Source of the DNA: an uncultured Acidobacteriota bacterium
Lineage (GTDB): Bacteria > Acidobacteriota > Thermoanaerobaculia > Multivoradales > JAHEKO01
Length of the DNA: 64,000 nt
Assembly: GCA_963713825.1 (NCBI GenBank)
Contig: CAVQNG010000025.1
Coordinates: 608,001-672,000, forward strand
Direction of reading: 5' to 3'
Part shown: piece after piece, positions 38,460 to 48,924 of the stretch
Layout of the letters: every line of letters starts with the position of its first letter
Numbering within the stretch: position 1 is the first letter of the stretch
The notes under the pieces: model-generated
Told to the model about the DNA's origin: nothing
Databases searched by the model: none
The model's input: the letters and a program-made list of their open reading frames with translations, nothing else
Made by a program: the position numbers and the translations under genes

Positions 38460-39601
38460 GGACCGGGAGCGACGGCTGGCGTGTCGTCTCCGAAGAGCAG
38501 CTCCAGGTCCAGCCTTCCCGTGCTACCGATGGACGGCACGAACGATTGCGGTCGCGGAGTCGGTTGGGTTCGGGGCGCCGTCGTCTGGGATGGAGCTGGG
38601 CTCGAAGGGCTACTGGGCCTTGGGGTCGTCGTCCGAGGGTAGGAGACGGATCCGCCGCTGCGGGGAGTCGATGACGTCGATGAAGGCGGACTGGACGAGC
38701 CGGTGTAGCCTACGCCTTGTCCCACGGTGGTTGGAAGGAGGTCTTCTTCGGTCAGCCTTCGGGGCGAGTCGCTCGACTCCTGTTGTCCCGCCTCGGGATA
38801 GGTGCTTTCAGACCCGAGATCTTCCTGGTCGATCGCGGACTCTTCGACAGGTTCCCAGCGGGCTTTAGGCTGCGGCTCCCGGACCTCTGTCGCCTCGGAA
38901 TCGACTCCTGCTTGATCGACAGGCTCTTCTCTCCAGGTGAGGGTCTCTCCCTCGGGGTGGGACTCCGGTTCGGCACCTGGCTCGACGTCCGGAGTGGTGA
39001 CCGGCTCTGCACCTGAAGCTGGGATCAGCAGTGCCGCTACCTGGTTCGGTCTCTGATAGAGGCGGGGTGCCTGGGCCGCCTCCACTTTCGCCAGATAGAG
39101 GCGCAGCTGTGACTCGGTAAGGTAGCGGTTCTCGATGATGTGCGGATTGACGGCTGGGGAAGCGAGGTCGGGATCCAAGGCCAGAGCCCTCGTGTAATAG
39201 TCCACGGCTTTGTTGCGACGTCCGGCCAAAGCACTGAGCGTTCCCAACTGGTACAGGGACCAGGCGTGCTGCGGCTGGATGGCGAGCACCCGGTTCAGTT
39301 CCTTCTTCGCCTGGCTACTATTACCCTGTTCCATCAGCACGAGAGCCAGGTTGTACCGCGTCGCGGTGTTGTCGGGACTGATCTCGAGAGACTGGCGATA
39401 GATCTCCTCCGCTTCGGCGATCGATCCAGCCAGAACGAGGAGATTTCCGAGATCGTTGAGGATCTCGGGGTCGTTCGGATTTTGCGAGGCTTGAGCCCGC
39501 TGCGCCTCGACAGCCTCGTACAGATTGGGAGGTGACGTTGCCGGGGAAACGGAACTGCAGAACAACAAAGCTGCGACGGTGACAAGGCCAGATAAACGCA
39601 C
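38456..39601 (-). CDS. Secreted TPR protein with long acidic and Pro/Ser/Thr-rich tail
   Basis: Signal peptide; three TPRs (ILNDLGNLL, TRYNLALVL, SLYQLGTL); low-complexity C-terminal half. Confidence 0.8.
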   Translation of the reverse strand: MRLSGLVTVAALLFCSSVSPATSPPNLYEAVEAQRAQASQNPNDPEILNDLGNLLVLAGSIAEAEEIYRQSLEISPDNTATRYNLALVLMEQGNSSQAKKELNRVLAIQPQHAWSLYQLGTLSALAGRRNKAVDYYTRALALDPDLASPAVNPHIIENRYLTESQLRLYLAKVEAAQAPRLYQRPNQVAALLIPASGAEPVTTPDVEPGAEPESHPEGETLTWREEPVDQAGVDSEATEVREPQPKARWEPVEESAIDQEDLGSESTYPEAGQQESSDSPRRLTEEDLLPTTVGQGVGYTGSSSPPSSTSSTPRSGGSVSYPRTTTPRPSSPSSPAPSQTTAPRTQPTPRPQSFVPSIGSTGRLDLELLFGDDTPAVAPGP

Positions 39602-39756
39602 AATCTACTCCTTCCGGTCACGGGACACAGCCCAGTTAGCCATGCGCCTCCCAAGGCGGGCAGCCTGCGAGACAGAATCGCTGACAGCGAGGCTCCCTGA
39701 GCGATGGTAGCACGAGCCTGAAAGCGTGAAGCCCTGGTGGAGCGGCACCCGATCGC

Positions 39757-40731
39757 TCAGGGAACCAGACCTTGTTGCCTCAGCCACTCGGTATTCAGCT
39801 TGGAGAGATACCGCTCACCCGAATCGGGGAAGAGCGTCACCACGAGAGCATCCCCAGGGAGAGGTTTGGCGATCTGGCGTGCCGCGACGGCGGCGGCACC
39901 TCCCGAAGAGCCGGTGAAGATCGCCTCCTGGCGCGACAACTCGAAGACAGCCTTGTAGGCGCTGCTGTCGTCGACCGTGACGACCTCGTCGATGCTGTCC
40001 ATCCAGACGCTCTCTGGAAGCAGGTCTTCGCCGATACCATCGATCAGGTAGGGGCGGATCTGATCTTTGGGTGGCAGCTCTCCATGTTCCTTGAAGAACC
40101 GGTAGATGCTGCCGACCGGGTCTACACCGATAACGCGAATCTCGGGATTCTGTTCCTTGAGATACCTGGCCACTCCGCTGATCGTGCCCCCTGTGCCGAT
40201 CCCTGCGACCCAGTGGGTGATCCTGCCCTCCGTCTGTTGCCAGATCTCGGGCCCCGTGCTTCGGTAGTGGGCTTCGGGGTTGGCCTGGTTGTAGTACTGG
40301 TAGGGCAGGAAGGCGCCCCGTTCCTCTCGGATTCGCTCCGCCGTCCGGTAGTAGGAGCTTGGATCGTCGGGCTCGACGTCGGCTGGACAGACGATGACTT
40401 CGACGCCGAAAGCCTCCAACAGCGAGACCTTCTCCAACGGGATCTTGTCCGTCACTGTGCACACCAGGGGGTAGCCCTTGAGGATTGCCGCCATGGCCAG
40501 GCCGAGTCCTGTATTGCCTGATGTCGGCTCGACGATGGTGTCCCCTGGCCGCAACTCGCCCGCCTCCTCTGCCGCTTCGATCATCGCCAGACCGATACGG
40601 TCCTTGACGCTACCTCCGGGGTTGAAGTACTCGAGTTTGACGGCCAGTGAGGCCGGCCCTGGGAAGAAGCGATCCAATCGTACGATCGGCGTGTCGCCCA
40701 GGGTGTCCAGTATGTTGTTGAAAAGTTTCAT
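39757..40731 (-). CDS. PLP-dependent cysteine synthase / cystathionine beta-synthase family
   Basis: KLEYFNPGGSVKDR, EPTSGNTG, GIGTGGT, DPVGS, GSSGG, PDSGERYLSK. Confidence 0.9.
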   Translation of the reverse strand: MKLFNNILDTLGDTPIVRLDRFFPGPASLAVKLEYFNPGGSVKDRIGLAMIEAAEEAGELRPGDTIVEPTSGNTGLGLAMAAILKGYPLVCTVTDKIPLEKVSLLEAFGVEVIVCPADVEPDDPSSYYRTAERIREERGAFLPYQYYNQANPEAHYRSTGPEIWQQTEGRITHWVAGIGTGGTISGVARYLKEQNPEIRVIGVDPVGSIYRFFKEHGELPPKDQIRPYLIDGIGEDLLPESVWMDSIDEVVTVDDSSAYKAVFELSRQEAIFTGSSGGAAAVAARQIAKPLPGDALVVTLFPDSGERYLSKLNTEWLRQQGLVP

Positions 40732-40878
40732 AGAATCGGTGCCTCCCAGTGCAGCTGAGCTCTCGATTCGGGTAGGGTCGGCAAATCTAGCACACGGGAA
40801 AGATGGCGCTGATCTCATCCCCGAATTGGGAGTAGAGCCTCGGCTTTGCCGGACCGACGACGATTCAAGGAGGTAGTT

Positions 40879-41970
40879 ATGTTGCGATTCGATTCTTGCT
40901 CGACACCATGCAGCGCCCGCTCGTTTCTCGGGATGCTGCTGATGGTTCTTGTGATGGCGGGTGCTGGTGCTGTGGTGTCCGCTGCCTCCCCCGAGGAGGG
41001 AGAGCTTCGTTTGAAGAATGTTCGCCAGCTGACATTCGGAGGGGAGAACGCTGAAGCCTACTGGTCTCCCGATGGCCGCGAGCTGATCATGCAATCGACT
41101 CGAGAGCCCTACGCCTGTGACCAGATCTTCAGGCTCGCTGTCGAAGGATCAGTAGATCCGATTCTGGTCTCGACGGGCAAGGGTAGGACGACCTGTGCCT
41201 ATTTCACTGCCGATGGCGAGAGGGTTCTGTACTCATCGACGCATCTCGAGGGCCCCGAATGTCCTCCCGTGCCCGATCACTCCCAGGGCTATGTCTGGCC
41301 GCTCTACGACAGCATGGATATCTTCAGCGCCAAGACTGACGGCTCGGACCTTCAGAAACTCACCAATTCTGGATCCTATGATGCCGAAGCCACGGTCTGC
41401 AGCCGGGACGGCTCGATCGTATTCACTTCGACGCGCGACGGCGACCTCGATCTCTATTCGATGGACGCGGATGGCGGCAACGTCAGGCGATTGACCGACA
41501 CGCCCGGCTACGATGGCGGGGCGTTCTTTTCAGCCGACTGCACCAAAATTGTCTGGCGAGCCTCGAGGCCGGCGCCTGGAGAAGAGCTCGAGGACTACCG
41601 GCGTTTACTGACGGAGAACCTGGTCCGGCCGTCCAAGCTGGAGGTCTTCGTTGCCAACGCGGACGGCAGCGAGGCGCAACAGGTAACCGATCTGGGGGCC
41701 GCGTCATTTGCACCGTTCTTCCACCCGTCGGGTCAACGGATTCTGTTCTCGACCAACCATGGCGATCCATCGGGTCGCGAGTTCGACATCTGGGCGGTCG
41801 ACGTCGATGGGAGCAATCTCGAGCGGATCACCTTCAGCCCGGGTTTCGACGGTTTTCCAATGTTCTCCCCGGATGGATCCAGGCTGGCGTTCGCCTCGAA
41901 TCGGAATCAGCAGAAGCCCGGGGAGACCAACGTCTTCGTGGCTGACTGGGTAGAGACCTCGAAGAAGTAG
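40879..41970 (+). CDS. Secreted TolB-like PD40 beta-propeller protein
   Basis: NVRQLTFGGENAEAYWSPDG, YDAEAT, YDGGAFFS, FDGFPMFSPDG; AGGAGG RBS. Confidence 0.85.
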   Translation: MLRFDSCSTPCSARSFLGMLLMVLVMAGAGAVVSAASPEEGELRLKNVRQLTFGGENAEAYWSPDGRELIMQSTREPYACDQIFRLAVEGSVDPILVSTGKGRTTCAYFTADGERVLYSSTHLEGPECPPVPDHSQGYVWPLYDSMDIFSAKTDGSDLQKLTNSGSYDAEATVCSRDGSIVFTSTRDGDLDLYSMDADGGNVRRLTDTPGYDGGAFFSADCTKIVWRASRPAPGEELEDYRRLLTENLVRPSKLEVFVANADGSEAQQVTDLGAASFAPFFHPSGQRILFSTNHGDPSGREFDIWAVDVDGSNLERITFSPGFDGFPMFSPDGSRLAFASNRNQQKPGETNVFVADWVETSKK

Positions 41971-41999
41971 TCGGTCGATTCATCGGGAATCTCGGTCGC

Positions 42000-42938
42000 A
42001 TGTCTTTGCTGGGCCATGCCTGGACCATGGGCGCCTATCTACGGCGCTGGCTGCGTCCTCAGAGACCACCGCCATCAGAGAGTTGGACCGGTTTCGTCGA
42101 GGATCCCCGCCGCGGCTCCCTCCGACTGACAGGCAGATTGAATCGGGTCGATGGGGCGCCGGGGCTGGTCGTTTTGTTGCACGGCCTGGGAGGCTGTGCC
42201 GATAGCTCCTACCTCGTTCCCGGCGCCGCAGCCTGCGTCGCGGCCGGCCTCTCCTGCTTGCGACTCAACCTGCGGGGTGCAGACCGGCGTGGTGAGGATG
42301 TCTACCATGCAGGTCTGACAGCCGATCTTCGTGCCGCGGTGACGAGTGATGTTGCTCGTGACCACCACCATGTCTGGGTCATCGGTTACTCCATGGGGGG
42401 GCACATCGGATTGCGTCTGGCGGTGGACGTCGAGGACTGTCCGGTCCGGGCGGTCGCCGCTATCTGCCCCCCCGTGGATTTGCTGGCGACGTGCAGGCTC
42501 CTGGATCGTCCTTCTCGGTGGCCCTACAGAATCTATCTTCTGCGACAACTCACCGAGATCTACGCGGAAGTGGCCCGCCGGCACCCGGATGGTCCCTCTG
42601 TGGAGGAGGTGGCAGCAGCCCGCTCCTTCCTGGAGTTCGATGGCCTGGTGGTGGCGCCACGATACGGTTTTCGCGACGCTCTCGACTACTATGAAAAGGC
42701 CAGCGTCGGTCCCTTGCTGCCTCACCTGAGAGTCCCGAGCCTGATTGTCGCTGCTGAAAAGGACCCGATGGTTCCGGCCGAGAGCCTCCGCCATGCCTTC
42801 GAGGCGCCAGCCGAGAATCTGCAGGTATTCTGGAGCCCACAGGGTGGGCATCTCGCCTTTCCTGGTACCGTGGGGCTGCTCGGCGGCAAGAACGGCAGTT
42901 TGGAGGCTCAGGTCGTAGAATGGTTGCAGCGACAGTGA
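42000..42938 (+). CDS. YheT-family alpha/beta hydrolase
   Basis: LHGLGG, NLRG, GYSMGG nucleophile, DPMVP, GGH. Confidence 0.85.
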   Translation: MSLLGHAWTMGAYLRRWLRPQRPPPSESWTGFVEDPRRGSLRLTGRLNRVDGAPGLVVLLHGLGGCADSSYLVPGAAACVAAGLSCLRLNLRGADRRGEDVYHAGLTADLRAAVTSDVARDHHHVWVIGYSMGGHIGLRLAVDVEDCPVRAVAAICPPVDLLATCRLLDRPSRWPYRIYLLRQLTEIYAEVARRHPDGPSVEEVAAARSFLEFDGLVVAPRYGFRDALDYYEKASVGPLLPHLRVPSLIVAAEKDPMVPAESLRHAFEAPAENLQVFWSPQGGHLAFPGTVGLLGGKNGSLEAQVVEWLQRQ

Positions 42939-42992
42939 TCCGCCGGGGAAGGCAGCTCCAGTGGTCCAGTTGCGGTATCCTCGGAATTCGAA

Positions 42993-43697
42993 ATGCTATC
43001 TCCCGACTCCCGGTTCCGTTGGTTGGCTCCCAACCTGATCACCGCGGCGAACATCAGCGCCGGCTTCCTCTCCATGTTGGCGGCCTCGGAGGGGCTGTTC
43101 AGGGGAGCCGTCTACCTCCTGATGTTGGCTGTCCTGCTGGACCTGTTCGATGGCAAGGTGGCTCGACGACTGAATGCCACCAGTGAATTCGGTCAGGAAA
43201 TGGACAGCTTCAGCGATGCCGTGAGCTTTTGTGCGGCGCCCGCGTTCTTGGCTCATGCGGCGATCCTGCGCCCCCTCGGACCGACGGGTGTGATCGTAGC
43301 CCTGGCCTACCTCCTGGCCGGTGTCCTGCGTCTCGCACGCTTCAACCTGACGACCGACGCTCACAGCAAGGCTCGGTCGACCACCGGGGTTCCGACGCCG
43401 GTTGGAGCGGGCTATGTCATGGCTCTGGTCCTGATGAGAGATCAGATTCCGGTTGCCGTGGCCGCATTGGTCGTGTTGATTCTGGCGGCACTCATGGTTT
43501 CGCGCCTGCCGCTACCCGAGTTTCGCGGCAAGAGCAGCGTCACGTTGGCGCTGTTGGTGGGGATCTTCAACTACTTTGCAGTGGTGGCCTGGCCCAACTG
43601 GTACACGGTCGGGTGGTGGAACTTCTGGAATGTGGTGATTCTACTGGTTGCCAAGAGCGAAGATCGGCGCTTCCAGGAAGCCAGTTCGACTTCATGA
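42993..43697 (+). CDS. pssA: CDP-diacylglycerol--serine O-phosphatidyltransferase (CDP-alcohol phosphatidyltransferase)
   Basis: [38 protein letters not shown]. Confidence 0.88.
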   Translation: MLSPDSRFRWLAPNLITAANISAGFLSMLAASEGLFRGAVYLLMLAVLLDLFDGKVARRLNATSEFGQEMDSFSDAVSFCAAPAFLAHAAILRPLGPTGVIVALAYLLAGVLRLARFNLTTDAHSKARSTTGVPTPVGAGYVMALVLMRDQIPVAVAALVVLILAALMVSRLPLPEFRGKSSVTLALLVGIFNYFAVVAWPNWYTVGWWNFWNVVILLVAKSEDRRFQEASSTS

Positions 43698-45982
43698 GCG
43701 CCGATGAGGGGCGCGAGAACCGACTCGCTGCCGAGACAAGTCCCTATCTTCAGCTACACAAGACCAACCCCGTAGACTGGTATCCATGGGGTGAGGCGGC
43801 CCTCGCCAGGGCGAAGGCTGAGGATAAACCGATCTTCCTTTCGGTCGGCTACTCGACCTGCTATTGGTGTCACGTGATGGAACGGGAGTCTTTCTCCGAT
43901 CCGGCGATCGCCGAGACGATGAATCGGCATTTCGTGTGCATCAAAGTGGACCGGGAGGAGAGACCCGATATCGACGAGATCTACATGTTGGCGACGCAGA
44001 TCCTGTCGCATCACGGTGGTTGGCCAAACTCCGTCTTTCTGACGTCCGAATTGCAGCCCTTCTTCGCTGGCACCTATTTTCCGCCCCGTGACGTAGCTGG
44101 TCGCCCTGGTTTCGTCACCGTCTTGAACTCCCTGGACGAGGCCTGGAGAAGCCGGCGGCAGGACGTCGAGGAGCAGGCCAGGAGTGTCGCTGACGCGATG
44201 CACCGCTACCTCGCGGATCAGCGGGGAGCCCCTGCAGGGCTGGTGGGCGAGGTTCCCATCGGCCGGGCAGTGAGTGATCTCGAGCACCATTTCGACAGCC
44301 GCTGGGGTGGCTTTGGGGGCGCTCCCAAGTTCCCGACACCGGCCAACCTCATGTTGCTGCAGGAGGTCGCGTCAGGAAACGACTCGGCCGCCCGCATGCT
44401 GTCGAAAACGCTCGACAGCATGGCGCGAGGTGGCATTTTCGACCAACTGGCCGGCGGCTTCCATCGATACTCGACCGATGCGGAGTGGAAGGTGCCCCAT
44501 TTCGAGAAGATGCTTTACGACAACGGTCTTCTCCTAGAGGTCTACGCCAGGGAGTGGGCTCGCACGGCGGATCCTGAAGCGGCCCGAATCGTGCGACAAA
44601 CGGCACGATACCTCGCCTCCGAGATGACCTCTCCCGACGGAGCGTTCTGGAGCGCGGTCGATGCCGAGACCGAGGGTCGTGAAGGTGCCTACTATGTTTG
44701 GCAACGCGAGGAGCTGCGGGAAGCTCTCGGTCGCGAGGACTTCGGCTTCCTGGCTTCGTTGCTCGGGTTCGACGGACCACCTTTCTTCGAAGCGGATCGG
44801 TACGTACTCCATCTCCCAGAAGAAGTCGAAGATCAAGCGCGGCGGAGGCGAATGGATCGCGAGGAGCTGTGGGCACAAATCCGACCCCTGGCGGCGCGGC
44901 TGCTGGAGGTCCGTCGTCGACGCCAGCGACCGGCGATCGACGACAAGATCCTGACCGACTGGAACGGGCTGGCGATCGCGGGATTGGCGACGGCCGGCCG
45001 CCTGCTGCCTGACGGGGCAATGACGAAACAGGCTGTGGCCGCGGCCGAATTCGTGCTGGCCACAATGTGTCCTGAGGGCGGTCCCCTGAAGCACACCTGG
45101 CGCACGGGTACCGCGCGGGTCGATGCCTTTCTCGCCGATTACGCCTTCCTGATCTGGGGGCTGTTGGATCTTCATGAGACAACGGGTGAGAGTCGCTGGT
45201 TGGCGCAGGCCCTGCGTTTGGCCGAGGAGCAGGAGGTGCGCCTGGGCGACCCCGAGGGGGGCTATTTCGTAGCCGCCGCGAGTGAGGAGCTGCCATTTCG
45301 CAGCAAGGAGATCTTCGACGGAGCCTTGCCGAGCGGCAATGGGATCGCTGCCCAGAATCTCTTGCGGCTCGGAGTAGCCACCGGTGAGGCTCGCTGGTTG
45401 GAAAGGGCCCAGAAGTTGATCGGCACTTTCTCCTCCCTACTCGAGCAGCGGCCGGAAGCTGTCAAGACACTGTTGGTGGCCGCGCATCGTGCTCAGAAGG
45501 GGAAACGTCGATTTGCGGCGGCCGACGTCTCGGGAGAGAGGGCTGATACGCCCGAGGGTTCGTTCGATTTGGACGAAGAGTCGCGTCAGAAGATCTCGGC
45601 CGCCCTGTCGATCGGCGAGCCCGATGAGGCAGGGTGGCGACCGTTTCGATTGGCGCTCGAGATCGAGACCGGATGGCATATCAATGCACCAGGCGGCGAC
45701 GAGACCAGTCGCCCGGTCAGCCTGCAGGGTGAGGCGGTCGAGATTCGAGACCTCGGTTGGCCCGAGGCTGATTGGATGCGCCTCAGTGGGTCTTTCGAGG
45801 CGATTCGCGTCTACGAGGGCGTGATCCAGATCTTCGGACAGCTACGAAGTGATTCCGAGGTCCCGGCACGACTGTGGCTCGATGCCCAGCCCTGTGATGC
45901 GACGCGATGCTTGCCGTTGGCCCGCATCGAGCTGCCGCTGGCAGCGGCAGCCGAGCTGGCGACGGAATCGGGTGATGGATAG
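43694..45982 (+). CDS. YyaL/SSP411 (DUF255) thioredoxin-domain protein with C-terminal DsbD-N-like domain
   Basis: [45 protein letters not shown]; tail [15 protein letters not shown]. Confidence 0.88.
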   Translation: MSADEGRENRLAAETSPYLQLHKTNPVDWYPWGEAALARAKAEDKPIFLSVGYSTCYWCHVMERESFSDPAIAETMNRHFVCIKVDREERPDIDEIYMLATQILSHHGGWPNSVFLTSELQPFFAGTYFPPRDVAGRPGFVTVLNSLDEAWRSRRQDVEEQARSVADAMHRYLADQRGAPAGLVGEVPIGRAVSDLEHHFDSRWGGFGGAPKFPTPANLMLLQEVASGNDSAARMLSKTLDSMARGGIFDQLAGGFHRYSTDAEWKVPHFEKMLYDNGLLLEVYAREWARTADPEAARIVRQTARYLASEMTSPDGAFWSAVDAETEGREGAYYVWQREELREALGREDFGFLASLLGFDGPPFFEADRYVLHLPEEVEDQARRRRMDREELWAQIRPLAARLLEVRRRRQRPAIDDKILTDWNGLAIAGLATAGRLLPDGAMTKQAVAAAEFVLATMCPEGGPLKHTWRTGTARVDAFLADYAFLIWGLLDLHETTGESRWLAQALRLAEEQEVRLGDPEGGYFVAAASEELPFRSKEIFDGALPSGNGIAAQNLLRLGVATGEARWLERAQKLIGTFSSLLEQRPEAVKTLLVAAHRAQKGKRRFAAADVSGERADTPEGSFDLDEESRQKISAALSIGEPDEAGWRPFRLALEIETGWHINAPGGDETSRPVSLQGEAVEIRDLGWPEADWMRLSGSFEAIRVYEGVIQIFGQLRSDSEVPARLWLDAQPCDATRCLPLARIELPLAAAAELATESGDG

Positions 45983-46044
45983 GCCACGCCACGCACAGAT
46001 CCCATTGAGAGAGCTTCAGGAGCGGGCTATACTGAATCACTGAG

Positions 46045-47412
46045 ATGAGATCCACACTGTCTACGCGTCCTTTGTCCGCTTTCAGACTGGCAGCCGCTCT
46101 CGGGCTGCTTCTCGTTGGAGCGCTGTTGTTCGCTGCGGAACCGGAGCCGGCTCCCGAGGCGGAGCGGGTTGTGGTGCTGGTCAGCGTGGACTCCATCATC
46201 CATCCCGTTGCCGAGACTTTCATTGTCGAATCTCTGGCTCAGGCGGACGACCTCGGCGCCGAGGCTTTCGTGATCGAGCTATCGACTCCTGGCGGTCTGC
46301 TCACCTCCACGCGGGAAATCTTCACAGCCATGCTCGAGGCGGAGACTCCGGTGGTCGTTTTCGTTTCTCCACGGGGCTCGCAGGCGGCCTCTGCCGGCTT
46401 CTTCCTCCTCATGGCGGCCGATGTGGCGGCCATGTCGCCAGGTACGAATACCGGAGCCGCTCACCCTGTGGGCGGCCAGGGCGAGGAGATCGAGGGCCCC
46501 ATGGGCGAGAAGGTGGAGAAGGATGCTGCCGCCACGATCCGCTCGTTGGCCACCCGCAGTGGTCGCAATGCTGAGCTGGCGGAGGAGGCGGTGCTGGAAA
46601 GCCGGTCATTCACCGCCGATGAGGCGCTGGACTCCGGGTTGGTCGACATCCTGGCGGCCAACATCCCAGAGCTTCTGGAAGCGCTGGATGGCATAGAAGT
46701 GAGTCGAGAGGGACGGGACACCGTCGTGCTCCAGACAGTGGGCGCCAGGATCGAGACCCTGGAGATGTCCGGTTTCCAGAAGTTTCTCTCGACCATCGCT
46801 CACCCCAATATCGCCTATATCTTGCTGACCCTGGGCGGTCTGGGCCTCTACTTCGAGCTGTCGAATCCTGGCGCGGTCCTGCCCGGCGTGGTGGGTGGAA
46901 TCTGCCTGATTCTGGCGTTCTTCGCCCTTTCGGTCCTGCCCGTCAACTATGCGGGGATCGCCTTGATCATCTTGGCGATGATCTTCTTTATCGCCGAGGT
47001 CAAGGTCACCAGCTATGGACTGCTGACCGTGGCTGGCGTGATAGCACTGGTTCTCGGCTCTCTGATGCTCTTCAAGAGTGCGGATCCGGCGATTCGGGTG
47101 AGCTTGGAGTTGATCGTGTCGATGGCCATTTTCACTCTGGTCGTAGTGACGTTCCTGGTGTCGATGGTCGTGCGCGCTCATCGTGTCCAGGTGGCAACCG
47201 GTGCGGAGGGTCTGCTTCACAAGCATGGGGTGGCGCGGACTCGGGTCGCCGGACGAGGAAAAGTCTTCGTGCACGGCGAGATCTGGGACGCGGCAGCCGA
47301 CGAAGAGATTCCCGCTGGGTCTCCAATCGAGGTAGTCTCTGTCGACGGTCTGAGGTTGCGCGTGCGAGCCGAGACCAGACAAGAACTGCAAAGCAACGGG
47401 GAGATAACATGA
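46045..47412 (+). CDS. nfeD: Membrane-bound ClpP-class serine protease NfeD (long form)
   Basis: [17 protein letters not shown], four TMs, C-terminal OB fold [12 protein letters not shown]. Confidence 0.9.
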   Translation: MRSTLSTRPLSAFRLAAALGLLLVGALLFAAEPEPAPEAERVVVLVSVDSIIHPVAETFIVESLAQADDLGAEAFVIELSTPGGLLTSTREIFTAMLEAETPVVVFVSPRGSQAASAGFFLLMAADVAAMSPGTNTGAAHPVGGQGEEIEGPMGEKVEKDAAATIRSLATRSGRNAELAEEAVLESRSFTADEALDSGLVDILAANIPELLEALDGIEVSREGRDTVVLQTVGARIETLEMSGFQKFLSTIAHPNIAYILLTLGGLGLYFELSNPGAVLPGVVGGICLILAFFALSVLPVNYAGIALIILAMIFFIAEVKVTSYGLLTVAGVIALVLGSLMLFKSADPAIRVSLELIVSMAIFTLVVVTFLVSMVVRAHRVQVATGAEGLLHKHGVARTRVAGRGKVFVHGEIWDAAADEEIPAGSPIEVVSVDGLRLRVRAETRQELQSNGEIT

Positions 47413-48164
47413 CGCTCTACGGTCTGATTTTTGTGGTCTTCTTGGGAATTGTCTTCCTGAGCCGCTGGGTCAACATCCTCAACGAGTACGAGCGGGCCGT
47501 CATCTTTCGGCTCGGTCGCCTCCTACCCGAGACGAAGGGTCCCGGTCTGGTCTTGATCTTCTGGCCCATCGACAAGATGGTGAAGATCTCTTTGAGGACC
47601 GTGGTTCACGATGTGCCCTCACAGGACGTCATCACCAAGGACAACGTTTCGGTGAAGGTCAACGCGGTGGTCTACTTCCGGGTCATGGATCCGACCAAGG
47701 CCGTGGTCGAAGTGGAGAACTACTTGTTCGCGACCAGCCAGATGGCGCAGACGACCTTGCGCTCGGTCCTGGGGCAGGCTGAGCTGGACGAGCTGCTCTC
47801 CGAGCGTGAGAAGCTGAACGAAGAGCTGCAGACGATCATCGACGCCCACACCGATCCGTGGGGTGTCAAGGTCTCGTCAGTCGAGGTCAAACACGTCGAT
47901 CTGCCGCAGGAGATGCAACGTGCCATGGCCAAGCAGGCCGAGGCCGAGCGCGAGAAGCGGGCCAAGATCATCCACGCCGAGGGAGAGATGCAGGCTTCTC
48001 ACCGCCTGGCTGAGGCTGCAAATATCATCAGTCAGAATCCCACGACGTTGCAGCTGCGCTACCTCCAGACGCTGACCGAGATCGCTGCCGAGCAGAACTC
48101 GACGATTCTGTTCCCGATTCCTATCGATCTCGTCAAAGCCTTCATGCCGCAGTCCGACAACTAA
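47409..48164 (+). CDS. SPFH/stomatin (slipin) family protein
   Basis: [39 protein letters not shown]; canonical nfeD partner. Confidence 0.93.
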   Translation: MTLYGLIFVVFLGIVFLSRWVNILNEYERAVIFRLGRLLPETKGPGLVLIFWPIDKMVKISLRTVVHDVPSQDVITKDNVSVKVNAVVYFRVMDPTKAVVEVENYLFATSQMAQTTLRSVLGQAELDELLSEREKLNEELQTIIDAHTDPWGVKVSSVEVKHVDLPQEMQRAMAKQAEAEREKRAKIIHAEGEMQASHRLAEAANIISQNPTTLQLRYLQTLTEIAAEQNSTILFPIPIDLVKAFMPQSDN

Positions 48165-48190
48165 CCATCTCTGGTGGAGTCGATTGAGCC

Positions 48191-48874
48191 TTGAGTCAGT
48201 CCAACGAACCCAGCTACTACGAGATCGCCCTCACCAACCGACAGGTTCTGATGGTGTTCGTGGTGCTGCTTGTCTGCGTTGTGATCGCCTTCATCTCGGG
48301 CGTCTGGGTGGGCCGAGGCAACGACTCGGCACTGCCGACAGTAGGCCTTGCCGAGGTCGAATCGACCGACGCGGAGACCGGGGCCCCAGAAGTCGGCGAG
48401 CTGAATTTCTTTGCCGAGAAGTCCGAAGTCGATCGAGGCAGTGGGACGCTTGCCCAGGCCGCCGAGACGCCGAGCACCGGGACGACGCTGCTGGAGGATG
48501 TCAGCAAAGACAAGACCTCACGAGAGGCGGTGCCTGAGTCGACTACGCCACCGCCAGCCGCTGTCGAGCAAGCCCGTTCAGAACCGACTCCCGAGCCGGT
48601 CGCGTCTGCAGCCACGCAACCGGAGAGTGCAGCCCCCGCTGGGCAGGGCGAGCACGTCATCCAGGTCTTCTCGTCGACCGATCAGCAGCAGGCAAAGCAA
48701 CTGATCCAGACACTGACCAGTGGTGGGTATCCTGCTTTTCTGTCCCCTGTCGATGTCCGGGGTCAGACCATGTACCGGGTACGAATTGGTCCCTACGTCG
48801 ATCCGGAGGAAGCGGAAACCGTGGCTGAACGGGTCCGCAAGTCCTACCGACTCGACACCTGGGTAACGCGCTAG
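48191..48874 (+). CDS. SPOR-domain membrane protein (FtsN/DedD-like)
   Basis: TM helix, linker, VIQVFS..YRVRIGPY. Confidence 0.85.
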   Translation: MSQSNEPSYYEIALTNRQVLMVFVVLLVCVVIAFISGVWVGRGNDSALPTVGLAEVESTDAETGAPEVGELNFFAEKSEVDRGSGTLAQAAETPSTGTTLLEDVSKDKTSREAVPESTTPPPAAVEQARSEPTPEPVASAATQPESAAPAGQGEHVIQVFSSTDQQQAKQLIQTLTSGGYPAFLSPVDVRGQTMYRVRIGPYVDPEEAETVAERVRKSYRLDTWVTR

Positions 48875-48924
48875 AGTCTGGTGTCGGCTGGCGATCCCAG
48901 GAGGAGAAAGCCTGATCCCAGGCT

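Noticed and set aside
43229-43693. Apparent 155-aa N-terminal extension of the DUF255 protein
   Set aside because: Overlaps pssA in another frame; the family N-terminus begins at ATG 43694 (ATGA overlap).
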